DNA of 64,000 nucleotides from the NCBI RefSeq assembly GCF_003704095.1, contig NW_020845620.1:1-64000 (forward strand), given 5' to 3'. Of the stretch, positions 13,343-27,485 are shown in pieces. A program made the position numbers and the translations under genes. Numbering within the stretch: position 1 is the stretch's first letter; every line of letters begins with the position of its first letter. Origin of the DNA: Pocillopora damicornis (Eukaryota). The notes under the pieces are model-generated. The model worked only from the letters and a program-made list of their open reading frames with translations. It ran no database searches and was not told the origin of the DNA.

Positions 13343-15445
13343 TCTTTCTTCACTCTTTGTTCATCTCTTTTGAATTTGTACACTAATAAAAGCTGTAGTT
13401 AGAACTTCTGTGCTAAGCTGAAACTCTTCCAAAAGTTTACAGTGTAACTGCTTTGTGTTATCAAAAAAGGCTACAAGGAAGTGTGTACCATGTTATTAAA
13501 AAAAAGGTTTGAAATAAAAAAAACTGTGCAGGACAACACTGTGTTTTGTTTTATGTGACATTATAATCACTCCACCTTGATTCCAACCAGATTTACAATA
13601 TATTTGAGAGTTGTAATGGTTGTAGTGTGGGTAGATTTGACACAACTAGCACTCTCATAATGTTGTTGTATTGAAACTAATAATTAAGCCTTCCCATAGG
13701 TATGTCCTCTTGACTACCCTTTACAAAATGAGACGAGGAGTGGATCTTCATATATTCTGTAGTGATAGTTCTCTATAAAATGGAGTTCTGGTCAAAACAC
13801 TGACCATACTGGGTTTAACTATTTGTTGAAGAGGGACAACATTTCTGAAAAGACAAGTTAATGAACCTCAAAAATTAATAGTCCAGAGAATGCAGAAGGA
13901 ATACGAGACATGAACATCATTTCATTCTCTTCACCAAATAAACAATAGCCTATCCCTAAGGCCAGCTAGTGAAGAGGCTTCTGTTTGAAGTTAGGACCAC
14001 CCTATGTGAGGCTATGAGTCATTGATGAGTGGTTCAGGGAAGAGGGGGTGATGAGGAAGACACCACCCACCTTGGTCCACATAAACATTTTCCCCTCCCT
14101 AGACCACACCTTCAGCCTTCTCTCACAAAGAACAGGGAAGCCTCTACCAGGCATTCAGTAACACAGAGCCAATTATCATTAGTAGCAGGAAAGTGAAAAG
14201 GCAAGGGAAGATTGAGACAGGTTGGGTTGTTTCATTACACAACCGGAAATAAACTTCCATTGATTTCTCACCAATCTGCCTGCATGGTGCTGCTTACTAT
14301 TGGCCTTTGTTTTTCTAGGTGAACACCTGAGATTCAAATTGGATTTCAACCCATGCTTCCCAGGCATCACCAACTGAGCAAAAAAGCCACACACTGGGAG
14401 CAGGGCAAATTTGAGCGTACCTCTTTCCAGTAGAGGAGTATGATAACAACTTGTGATGACATAAATTTTGATTAATTACAACAAAAAAAAAAAAAATCAA
14501 TAATGCTAATTCTGTACCCAATAAGGCAACAAGCACTTTCTTTTACCCCATATCAATGAAATCATATTATCCAACAGTGGCTCACATCAGAGGCAAATGT
14601 AATAGAGAAAAAAAATCCAGTCCCCTTCTTCTGTAAAATGAGATTTATTCAGCAATCCTGAAGAGAGTTGCCATTTTGAGAGACACAAGTTCTATCACCT
14701 CTGTGAAGTGCTAAAGTTATTATTTTTAAGCACACCCTGAAACTATATTACACAACCTAATGTCATTTGCATTTTACACACTACGAGGATCTTAGAATAA
14801 AGTGAAATTTGAAAGGGTCACAAACAATATTTAAACTTGAGACTTCAGTAGTAAGAAGATCTCTATAAAATAATTCTTGTTGTGAAAATCCAGAAAGTAA
14901 TTTATAAAATACTTGAAAAGTTACAACATTTTATCATCCCTAATGGAGTCTCAGGCAACTTCACTATCCTTTTCAACAGAATACAAAAAAAACTACAAAA
15001 TGTAGAGGTGCAGAATTGCAGCTGATTATTTCTGCAGTATGAATAAATAAGTTCATGCATCTGTGCAATGAAGTGTTGCCATAATTATTCAATTTCTCTC
15101 CATGAAATTCAATTTTGCATGCAGTTCACTGTGAATTGAATGTTTGAAAACCGATTACATTGTATCCACTGAGAAAAGTTCTTAAGTTAAGTCAATTAAA
15201 AGGACGTGGGAACCCAAACATCACTCTATGGTTAGAAGATCAGTTGGAATTTTGAAGTTTTAAATCTTTGACCATCCATATTCATCTCCAGGTTTCTCTC
15301 TTTTGATTGGAATTTCTTTATTTTCAATCAATTTCTTAAGATTAAGATATGTTACAAGGCACAATCAACCAAGAATTTTTGGGCATTAATATTTGTAATA
15401 AATTACTCAGTGTATCACTGATATTACACATCAAGTTTCTTTAAA

Positions 15446-18400
15446 TTATTGTTTCATTTGGGGGGAAGAGGGGAACTGGTGAAGATTGCCTGCATGCATC
15501 ATTTGTGCCACTTCATTGACTTTTGTGATACCTGGCCTCTGGTCTGGGTCAGATTTAATACACCGGCTCACTAAATCACGCAACTGCAACAATGCACACA
15601 AAATTATCTCAATTAGTAAAAGAAAAATATAAAGTCTGCACTTGAGTCAAGGGGACCTCGAGTTGCAAAGTTCATTCCAGTCTCCCATGAAACCACTAGG
15701 AGTGTTGCAACTTCCCCTGGATAATATGCAAGTTCATTGCAGGTCACCTTCCNNNNNNNNNNNNNNNNNNNNNNNNNNNNNNNNNNNNNNNNNNNNNAAC
15801 AGTGACAATTAATTATCCTGCCCTGGGACACAACACAATACCCCGGCCAGGTTCTCTCCACTCCAAGTCCAGCTTGCAAACTGTTTGGTTCATGCATCTC
15901 CCACACACCATATTTCATACTTTGGCCAAAAGAAAAGTTTGCCAAGAAAGGAGTTCAACTGTACAAAACATGCTAACTTGTATTACCTTTTCAGAGTAAT
16001 GTTCTGCTGGCAAAGGGGGGTAATCACAAGATTCTATCTTCTTACACAGTGAATACAGGTTCATTTTGTCACCATAGAAAGGTGACTGGAGGGCAGCCAT
16101 CTATCAAAGCAATTTGTACAAAGAAGACCACAAATTATTTTATGATAACACTTTCTCTCTGATTAACACCTTGCATAAACTATTATTCAACTCATGCTAT
16201 GTTGACATTGCCAAATAATACCCTCAAAGATAATTTGACAGCATTCTCTTCACCCTCTGGTATCCTAAGCCAGTGTTACTAACCTCATATAAAAGACAAC
16301 CCAGAGACCAAATATCAGACTTGAAATTATATCCAGTTTCATGTATCCTCTCTGGTGACATGTAATAAGGTGTCCCCACTAACAATGAAAAAATCACATC
16401 AGTTTCTAAAAGATTCCACCAGTTTTGCTGGCTAATTTGTGCATTCCCACTAACATGAGAATTATATTGCTATCACTACAACAGCCAAGCTCATGGCTAT
16501 TGTCTACTGTTATTTTGTACATGTATTAATGTTCAACTTGCACAAAGGCTGGGAACTTGTGACAGTGTATCACTACAATTTTAACCCTGCAAATTTGAGT
16601 TCAGCTTGGGTTTCCAGACTAGGTTGTTCAAGTTGAGATAACCCAGGGTTAGTGTGAAATTTGATTTCAGATCTGAAAGTTTTATAAGAAGATTCAGTTT
16701 AAGTCCATTTGTGTACAATTTGGTGATTAAATGCTCTTAAAAGAATAGGGGAAATTATCCCAAAACGGCTTTTAAACAGAGGAAAATAGAAACCTGGATT
16801 AGAATAAAACCCTGGGTTAGCACTAATTAGCCTTGGAACAACTAGGCCCAGGTTGTGTGGATTTGTGTTATTATATCACTTCAATTGTCCCTTGTACATG
16901 TAAGCCTCAAACAGAGGTACTTTATGTCCTAGGAGTGGACTTGTGTCGTAGCGAATGTAACTTTACCATAATATAATGAGCCAATGTGTCTTAAGTCAAA
17001 TAAATGTTATTCTCTTGGAGGCTTTGCACAGCTAAGTTAATAATATTATTAATAGGTATATTTTCATCACCTAAAGAATGTGCAGCAGTAGTCTTAGAAC
17101 TAAAGTATCTTCCAAGACCAAGGTCACCAAGCTTTACCACACCAGATGCAGTTATAAAGACATTGGCAGGCTTGATGTCTGTAAATAAAGTGTGTTAACA
17201 TTTGAAAGACTAGACTCATAAAGGCCTCCAGAACAGTGTCACCAAACTGAACCTTCTCTGAAGAGCCAACAAATTTAAAACTTAATAAAGTTTATATCCT
17301 CCTGACTAGAGGCAGCATTGTGTAAAACTCAATTTGTGGGCTTGTAAGTGTTACAGTAATCAAATATTTACGGAAGTGGGAGTAACTGAGGGTGCTTATT
17401 TTTATGCTGCTGTCAATGACTGACAATTGGAAAGCTCAAGTAGGAGTCATCATCATATGAACAGTCTTGATCATAGTAGGGAAGCCTTGTGGGATGGGGA
17501 TATCCCTTTGCAGAGAGCCAAGTATGCCTCAAGCTACAGTACAAAAATGATGCAGCAGAAAGTTCAAGTGCAGTTAATAAGTTCACCAACCTCTGTGCAT
17601 GACACGTCTTGAATGCATGTGCTCCAGAGCTGCAGTCAGTTGAACAAAGTATTTCCTGAAACGTCCAATGATAAAATTATAGCATTTACAGATCTGAAAT
17701 TCCAACACCTAAAACATCTAAGGTTTGTGTTAAATGTGCACATAAATGATAAGTAACATGCCAAATTCAGCCTTGGAAAGGTTTCTCCCCAATCCTTAAT
17801 AACCTAGAAAAACAAGTTGATAACCTACACAAGATATTGAAAAAGTGTCAAAATTATTTTATCTTAGATTCAGCTGAGTGAGGAGCTAGTCCGATAAGAA
17901 AGATTCTCAATCATTTTGGCCACAATTACTTGAATGTTTTCTAAATAACAGCCAAAAGGCACATGTTCATTACTACCACTCTCATCAGTTTCACATGTAT
18001 TCTGTCAGTCTCTGCTACCCTTCATCAACACCCACAGAAACAGTCAGCTCAAAATGCACATAACACAGTGAGTGCTACATGTATTTAGGATAAACAGGCA
18101 GGCAGGCTCTTTAAAGGTAACTGCTCCTTTTGATGTTTACAGTCAAATATGAGGCTGGGACACTTACCAAACTGTCCTCTCTGGAATCAATCTGTCCTGT
18201 TTTTTGAAATGCTATTTTAATAAAATATATATATCTCAATTAATTATGAATATTAACACAAGAAAACATTTATCATGGCTTCTTTTTTTAACCCTAACAA
18301 GAAGTTTTTTTTAATTTGCCATGTTTTTTAAATTCCTATTGCATCTTTTTTTTTCATGTTTTTAGGGCTTTAGTACTCACTTAAGGGAATAAATTAATTT

Positions 18401-21400
18401 AAAAAGTTAGATCTCAAGGTATTGTTATTTGTAAAAAATGCTGTAGAAACAACATTTTTGAACATGATTGGCTATAAGCAGCCAAATTTGAGAACTGATC
18501 GTACTATGTATGTGTCAAACTTGTTAAATGAACAAAGTAATAGGCAAAACAAGGCTCATGGCTGTATAACTCTGAGTGTTTTCCTGTTCAGGCGGTAATC
18601 AGTAAAATTTACTACCCAAAGTGCTCATTACTACTGCTGAAAATTTCTTGAAAAGTCAGCAAGTAAGAGGAATGCTCCACCAGTTAAATGCTTAAAAAGT
18701 AAGGGAGAACACAGGTACCCTGTGTATCCACAGTAGAGATAATTACATCCATTTTCTCAAGGAAAAAAGTCAACTGGTATGTTTTATCAACAAAGACATT
18801 TAAGTGAAGGTATTTTGTCAAATGCCATATCAAATACAGTCTTAACTAATTAGTAACAGTACTTTGTGCCATCCAATTCTATCTGTTAATCATTTGTATG
18901 ATTAAAGACTGGATTGGCTGACATGCAATCCTGTTATCAATATCAATAATATAAATACCAGTACATGTACATGTATATGTGAAAGTTGTACCATACAGAG
19001 AATTGTTTTACATTTTCCCAAGTGAACAAAGGCCAGCATAAAAATGTTTCCCATTGCAAACTTAAATGTGACAAAAATTTGAAGAAATATTGCTCTCCGT
19101 TATTGCAAAATGACATGAGTTGCAGGTGAGAATCTTTATACCAACTTTTGCAAGAAAGTTCAATGAAATTTCAAAAGAACAAGAAATGAAATTCTGCAAT
19201 TTCTGTTTGCATTACTTTTGCACAATACTGTGTATGTGTAAGTCATACCTTTATCATTCTTGATAAATCTCCTGCATCTGCTAATTCTAATACTATAACA
19301 AGCTGTGGAGAGTGCAATAAAAAAAGTAAGATTATTTGACTCTTACATGATTGAGTAAGGAATAATCAGATACAAAAATTGTAATCTGATTTTCTGTCTT
19401 TTTTTCTTTAAGACTAAAACTGAAATACAACTACCTCTTGTTCTCATGCACTGCTAGTGCTGATCTATCATGTACACATTTTACTTTAGGAAAGGAACAA
19501 TAAGCTCAGAGCTGCACACTACAAGTTTTATTGACACACAGGACACAAAAAGAATCAATATACAACAACATACCTCATTATTCTCTATAAAAGAAGCCAA
19601 ATATTTGATAACATTGGGATGGTTTAATTGCTGAAAGAAGAAAACCAAGGGTATCAAATTTGTGCACAAGAAGGTACATTTAAGTAATTTTAGACAATGA
19701 TGGGCATTATTTTCTGATTAAGTTAAAGAGCATTCTGAACCTAAAGGAGTGAAGTGGTATGTTCCTCGAGAAATTTTAAATTCTGAATTCATGTCTCCCA
19801 AGTGACCCTTTTCCTACATTCTAAGGTCTTCATTCGTGTTACTTCATTATTCTTTGAAGGCAACCAACTTGGACCAGTCAGTTGTCTGAATCTTATGATA
19901 TTGTGAACAAGCTGTAGGCAGCCAGTAGGCCCACTACATGTGGATAGGTCTACCTGCTACCCAGCTATGGTTTTGAAATTGCAAGAAGAGTAATGTGGGA
20001 AACTAGAATTGTCATGCTACTGAATTTTGAAACCCTTAGAAGAGTAATGTTGGAAACTAGAGTTTTCATGCTGAATTTTGTGTTCCACAAACAAACTAAT
20101 ATGTGTTGGAGTAATAAGGTGCTCTTAAACCTAATATGTAGAATTTAGGCATTTTCTACCTAATCTTGTTATGTCAAATTAATGCAGATTTAGCCACAGA
20201 CACCCTTAAAAACCTCAAACAGGAACAAAACCATCAACAAAGTCAACCCACACTTTACAAAGCATATGAAGAATCAAATATATTCATGGGAAGCAATGCT
20301 CTGGACAAAATGTTTACCTGAAGTAACTTTATCTCCTTTATACAATCTTGTCTTGCTTTTGCATCCATCATTTCAAAGATCTCAAGAAGATAACATTAAA
20401 AATAAATTTATATGAAAACCAGAAATATCAGTTAGAACTGGTTGAGAAGTTGGAATATAAATTAAATATGCCAAAATTAATAAGTACACTACAATAAATT
20501 GTACACAACTATTTTAAAATTCCCTTGTCAAGGAGTTAAGATGGAGGTATTAACAGATTTTCAGGAATAGCATGAAAATAACTTGCCAAAATCATTTCAC
20601 TTGACTAGATCTCAAAAACATATTCTTTTCCCTTACCATCCATAAAATTTTGACAAGTTTGACATCATGTTCCGCATGCAAAAATGAAATAACCAATCAG
20701 AACATTATTGTTGTACAAAGGTCTAATAATTTATTGATAAGAAGGACTTCTCTTCCAAAATTTACTCTTAACAAAGCAAAAAGTATTGATAATCATAACA
20801 AACAGGTGGCAAATTGGTTTGTTTATTTAGCAGCTTGTTTTGTTTTGGAAAATTCTCCTATTTCAAAAAATTTAGAATTAATAAAAACAATATCAGTGGA
20901 GTGTAAGGGAGATGTTAACAAATGGACCATCTGCAAGTGCATTAAATTCTAGTCCACCTGCAACAACTAACCTAACCAGAGTAGAGTAGAGGTTGGGACA
21001 AGCCAGTTAATAATATAGTTCACACTTAATCTTAGAATAATTAATTCAGTGGGAATATTCTTATTGAACATTCCACTGCAAGTAACACTTTTTTTTTTCT
21101 TTTTTTCTTTACATATAATGCCTTCAGTTTTCAATTCATTATAAGTAGGCACAGTTCAAAACTCGTCGGTTGACAATAGATGTATGCAAATTTCTAATGT
21201 TATCTCTAAGCAAACAAATTGCACCTGGCTTCCGTGTTACTATCTTTAGATAAGTTTTCTCCTTTCTCTTCATTGTTTTTTTGTTGCATGATGCACCTTG
21301 GTTCAATAACTTCCCTTCACTCAGTTACAAGGTGTATTTGGGGCAAACGAAAGCCATTATTTACGTGCTATGCATGTAGGAAGAGGTTGCCATCTCAAAA

Positions 21401-21904
21401 AGTGGCCCCCGTCGTGCAAACTCGAAGCCGATTCTTTGCCAGAGTAATGAAACTTGTTTACATTAAAACACAACAAAATTTACTTTCAGACAAATGACAA
21501 CCTATGCATGCAACGACTAAACTCACTTCACAAGCAATTATCGCGAAATTCTCTTGAACTGAATCGAATTCTTCAGTCGCCAAGCACAGCAAACCGATTA
21601 CCTGTGCGTATGAGGCCCAAAAATCCCCCCATCATGAACTGAAACCGTAGTTAAGAATTATTCGCGGGCTAAGCATGAGCTCTGTCTCTCAATATCATCG
21701 ATCGAATCTTAAGCTCACCTGTATTTTCTTGAGTGCAACTATAGAGTTGTCTAGGAGACATCGAGCCTTGTAAACCACACTAAACTGTCCTTTTCCGATT
21801 TTCTTCTCAATTTCAAAATTCTTCTGACTAGTATATTGCAGGCCAACTGCTTGGCCACTATCAGTAGACATACTATCGCCATTTCCTTCCTCCATTGCAG
21901 CCAT
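15446..21904 (-). CDS. NEK7: NIMA-related serine/threonine kinase NEK6/7, 10 coding exons
   Basis: Exons approx. 21904-21719, 20380-20318, 19630-19574, 19302-19249, 18211-18168, 17655-17591, 17178-17071, 16378-16284, 16100-15987, 15583-15446. Motifs [46 protein letters not shown] (NEK6/7-type DLG), [32 protein letters not shown]. Likely co-orthologue of vertebrate NEK6 and NEK7. Confidence 0.95.
16612..16851. mobile_element. MITE in a NEK intron
   Basis: ctaggttgttc..aacccagggtt ... aaccctgggtt..gaacaactag inverted ends. Confidence 0.6.
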
Positions 21905-24639
21905 ACTAATCGGTTTTTTTAATTTAACAGGTTAAGCGAGCTAACTGTATGATCACTGATTTTCAGTAATCTTGTCGGCAATCAGGCGAGGTCTTCTCCT
22001 GCGGGAAAACGGAAGAAAAATATCACAAATTGTGACGCCTTCAAACACAACAGCTATCTACTTGCAAACAAAGATCGATAACGATAATTCCACAGCGACT
22101 GATGAGGTCTTACATGATTCGATAAATGTAAACTTCAATCGATTTTGCATAAATTTAGACGACTGCTGCAAATGGGAACAAGACTTTCGAAGTAATTACT
22201 AATAGTATAAAATCGAACCTCGTTGGAGGACACAAAGTGAAATTCTAGAACAGGTCACGAATTCACAGTTTCTTACCAACCAAGGACAACTTGAGAAAAT
22301 TAATCGAATATTTCCCCACCTTAAATACAGAGAACCTACTACCATGGAATTTAGTCAACCAGGAAAACACTTTGCAAATGACAACAGCCATAAGCTAGCA
22401 CGTACCGTAAACCTCACACTGTTTGGGGACCTTCGGGCCACCTGCAACGAGATCCACAAAGTCTTAAAACATCATAAAACAGTGATCGTCAGTAAAATGA
22501 AACCTGGTGAGCTTAAAACGTTCTTGATAGCAGGCAAAATTTAATATTCAACAAAGTTAAAAGCTTGCGAGTAACTCACACTAGACAAGCGAAGAGTTAA
22601 AAAATTTACAGTCGGAACTACTCCATCGAGACAAGACTTACCTTGCGAACAACAATTGTTAAAAGCTCTGCATATCAAACTTAAGTAGCTTAACACTTAA
22701 ATGGCGAATGTCCACGCAAAATCTCTCGATAAATTCCACCAAGACAAGCTCTACAAAGGGTCAATTGTCGAAACGCTGCTATGGTCGTACTCGGAAGTGG
22801 CCCATAATTCAGTTCGCGTTGACTACGCCAAGCAGACACACCGCAGGCAGCGCACGGAAAGGAGATATTTTGAACACACAACTCTCCCGTAAGGAATTTT
22901 AATTGATCGAGAAAAACCATTATTTTTTCCGTTTTCGCTTTCGTAATTTATAATATCCTTACCGGAAAAGACGTAATATAAACAAGAGAGGCCACTCATG
23001 ATATCGTAGAAAAAAAACCACAATCATTTTTGGAATTCAAATTTGACTTTCCAAATCCGCGTTTAGTAAGACAACTGGAAAGTCCCGAGGCTTATTTTTT
23101 TAAATCCGACTATTTTACCAAAGAAGATCAAAGTCGCTGGTTGAAAGAAAAGCAGTTTATTTTGATAAATATTCGTGAGTGAAATTACCTTTGTCTTGCA
23201 CGGCTTTGAACTTCGTTGCCAGACCTATTAGCCGCTTTTGCTAAACCAACATTTCCTTTCCCAGTTTTTCTTGGCAGGGTTGACTAGAAAAGGATAATCT
23301 TTTACCCTTGTCCAAAAACTGACAAAGCTCATATTAGAATCATGGCAATGTGACCCAGTGTCAAGGACTAACCGTGATTGGCTAAACAGAAATTCTACTC
23401 CAGCAAGTTTCCCCTGATACGCGTGGTTAGCAAGCTGTCGTCGTTAATTTATGTAACGAATAATTTCCATTTTGGACGTGCGAGCTTGCATGTTAGATCA
23501 AAAAGGGCTTTCAATAGAAGAGGAAAGGAGAAAAACAGAGGTTTTACGGACAATCCTTTCAAATGACCGTTGATACTGAACTTTTTAAAGAAAAGAGAAT
23601 CAATACCATACAGAATTTCGTGACACAGCAGTAGTATTTTGCAGTCTGTTCAACCTCGATCTTTTACCCTACGCCTCCTTCTGCACGGGGTGCTCGAGAA
23701 TAGTGAAGAACTTTTCTGCAACCCCTACCTGCATGCGAGCAGCGTATGATGCCAATATGATGGGATAATGGTTATATATCTATGACATTCGAACGGGTTT
23801 CCGTTTCGGTAAAATGCAGCGTTCCAGTTGAGAGCTTGGGAGAATCTTATTCTTGCAGCTTAAGCTTGATGGAAACAAGAGCAAGTTTACGGAGGACAGC
23901 GTTTGTTACGTTTAGAGCTGTGTGACCGTGTGGAGTCTGGGTACGAGACAAAGTATTGACAGAAAACAAAATTGTCGAAGGTAATCCAGAATTGCATTGG
24001 TTTTTCTGCACTACGCTCTATGATTGATCTTTGAAACTCGCGCCATCCTCCCGACCAATCCGATCCTGCACTGAAATCAATCACGCCTGGATCACCCTCG
24101 ATTTCCCGCGTTTTCCAGCGTTTAAGTGAGGTAGTTCAAAAGTCTATACAATTTCTTATCGACTCAAACTGCGTTGGCGTTTTTTCAAAGCCAAAATTCT
24201 TGCAAGTAGACACCCACTTCACTTTTTGCGACGGATTTTATCGAAAAACATGCTGATTTCGTCAGTACAATCACTCAGTTTTCCCGAATTAAACTAATTT
24301 CTATTAAATAGCTCTTTGTCTCAAGGCTTGATTTGGACGTACATCAATGATTATCTGTGAAACCAAGTTTGCCAAAGCTACAGTTACTAAGACAATATCG
24401 TCATATTTGGCTGTATGGGCCCTTAGAGGGTGGATCCAAATCCCATATTTTCCCGACGGTTTTTTCCCATCCTTAACTGTTCAGAAATTCGGTAAATTGT
24501 ATCTTTACGTAATAACACAATGCTTACAGTAAATTAAGGAGAAAGAGGTTCCCAAGGCAAAATAACAGAGTCATGTATATACCAGTTAAAAGAGAAAATA
24601 TAACAATGGATTTAATCTTCAAATCAGTTTGGGCTGTTC

Positions 24640-24906
24640 TCAAAAAATGTCCTTTAACTTTTGATCAGAAATCGCCCGATCAATCACTTTCAGATCTCTC
24701 AACTATCCGTGTATGGTGCGACGAGATCCTCGCTTAAGCGCAATGTTGAATACATCATGATCGGTTAGAATCAGATCTAAACTCTGGGATGAATCTGTTG
24801 CCCTTCTTTGTGCAGTAAAGTTTCCACTGATGAAGAGCCTGGCTTCTTTGTTCTCACGGTTTCATGTAACTGGTAGGTGCATCCAATCCCCCACAGTGAC
24901 AGGCCT
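24640..24906 (-). pseudogene. Decayed terminal LamG/pentraxin-like exon
   Basis: Translates RPVTVGDWMHLPVT*NRENKEARLFISG...LDLILTDHDVFNIALKRGSRRTIHG*LRDLKVIDRAISD, homologous to the last exon at 34610-34901 but with two in-frame stops. Not in the ORF track. Confidence 0.8.
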
Positions 24907-27485
24907 CTACATGATAAAACAAAACAAAAACCTAATCAGCGTAAAGGGATTTTCCATGTGTTCCTGAGTAAGATTTACCTCGAGAAATTAAGCCTAATAA
25001 ACGAATAGGGAGCAGCCTTGTGTTTAATACGATCTCCTTTTCTAACCTTGTAAAATTCGCCTAGACTGACTCGCTAAGCTGCGGATGCAATCTCACCATG
25101 CTTTCATCAACAGAAAGTAATATTGCATTGTAATATTATAAGTTTGAAGTACTTTAGTATCGTAGTATTGAAGTTTTGTAGGTTGTAACGTTTTAATTAA
25201 GCAAAATAAAAAATTTATGAAAAAAAGTCTCTCCCTAGGTGGGATGGTGGGGTTCCCCAAACATCTCGTTTAGATATGCGTTACTGACTGGGCACGAGGC
25301 CAAGATGGCTGGATTTTGGTTGAATTCTTTTTTGCGTTTTCCGAAAAAAAGGAAGAAATAACGAGGCTAACATCAAGCCATATTGACCGAACAAACTTTG
25401 TCAATAAAGGATTTATAATTTAGCACAAAATTTCGCTTTTTCAAGAATGAATAGTGACTAGAGCCGGGAAAGAAAGACAACTGTGTTCATGAGACTCGTT
25501 TATGTCTTCTTTGTTCTGACTGTCTTCTGCCGCTTTTTGCGACCCCATCGCTGGCATTGTCCAGAAAAGTAAGAACTCTGTTAGTCTACTACAAGCAATT
25601 TTTTTAAAAAATTTCCTGCCCGGGATCAAAGCCATCTTCCCCGCTCGGGTAGCCAATCAGAATCATCAATTTATCTGTAGCGCCCACGGCCGCTACTGAT
25701 AATTCTCATATCCAGCTGCTAACTGGGTACAATTTAAACGATGGGTGAAGAGAAGCACTGTGAGAGTAAATTGTCAGACCTAGCAAATCTGCTAATCGTT
25801 TAGGATTCGGCTTGTTTACTTTAAAATATATGAGGTCAAACTATTTCCTATCACTTTCATTTTCCGTCATTCTGTTCACTTCTTCATTCTCTGTTGACCC
25901 GTCAGCTGTTACTTGCAATCTGTAACGAAGCTGGCGACTTGAATATAATACTTGAAATAAAACAATTGTGAAACTTACCTCAGCTTGTCAAATTGTGCTC
26001 ACCGTAATTTTTACGATAAATTGCATTTAAAAGCTTGCTTTCTGTCGCTGAGTAATATATATTCCTACGCCAGTAAAAGGTGCGTAATAAAGAAGTTCTG
26101 TGAATCATATGGATAACAAAGTTTCCAATGCACCACTCAATTCTTCGAAAATTCTCAGCTTCTTATCCTAGGCAGGATTTTATTATTCTAAATTATTCAT
26201 TACCAGTTCAGAAGGTAAGCAGAGCAAACATCTCCCATTCATCTCTGCGACTTGATAAACACACGTTTCAGTCATTTCAATTCTAAAGCTTTGAGGGGTG
26301 AAAGCTCTTTCACAATATATCTTTAATCTAAAAAAAGCAGGTTTAACGCAAGATGGATCAACGTTTTTCTTTCGTATCTTTCTCTTCTTGAAACGAAACT
26401 TTAAACAAAATAATCTAAACCAATGATTGCACTGTTTACCTATGTGCAGAGCCTTGGATACGGATAGCTGTCAATTATTTTTAAAATAGTTTTTTTTTCC
26501 AGCTGTCGCAGTATTACCAAAGACAATTAGATAAATTTTAGTTAACGTTGTGTTTTAAATCGTAAAAACTTAACATGCGTGTTTTTACGTGTATCAAACT
26601 TTATTTCAAAAGAAAAGTGACAAGGACAAGCTGCCTAATGACGCTTTTTTGCACAATTTTAAAAAAACTCATCAAATGTCGTTCTTTATGTTTTCCTGGG
26701 GACTTTGAGGTCTTCGAAGACAAAGCATGTAATTCTGTCTTAAAATCAAATCTAATTGCATGGCGAAAACTTAAGTTGTAAGTAAGACTTCTGGCAATTA
26801 ATATTTTATTAAGGTCCAAGGTAATGTTTGTATAGTGTCTCCTTTAAAATGATCCTCGAAAATGAAGCATTTGCAATTCACGTTGAAGACGATCTATGAA
26901 GGACCCATTTGGCTTGAAATCTTCAGCTGAGTATGATAGAAGTTTGACAATTTTAAAGAATTTTCAGACAATATAGGTGGATTTGGGGAAAGACGTTAAT
27001 TTTTTTTAATTCTCTGCTGCCCCTCCATCGTTTTAAAAAGCCAGCGACATGAAATTATATAGACAATGAAAAAAAAATTATCGTGAGTTTTTAGCCCATC
27101 AAATATTATTATTTCACTGTGAATTGGGGAGTTGTTTTCAGTTTTCTATTAGCTTATTCTTACTAAGCCAATAACGTATTAGTAAATTGCGAAACATTGA
27201 ATTTCTGCCCAGTCCTCAATTAACTTCGACAGAAATATAAATAGCATAGTTAGTCCTCAAGAATATAGCGCTGTTCCTTTCTGAATTTCTTAACTTTTTT
27301 AAGGGTTGTCAGTCTGTTATTACATGAAGGTACAAAAATGGCCATAAGAAACATAAGTATTAGTAGTGATCCAAGTGACAATGCACTTCTTTTTCTATTT
27401 ACAAATTTTTCTTCAGAGTTATGGAGGCCACAACATAACCGACGTTTTGGAACACAGAGATAGTCAGTACACTTGCGGTTCGGAA

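Noticed and set aside
25975-26290. Possible upstream exon of the 24.6-kb LamG pseudogene
   Set aside because: Only faint similarity (YQVAEMNGRCLL) and a donor; too degraded to call by eye.
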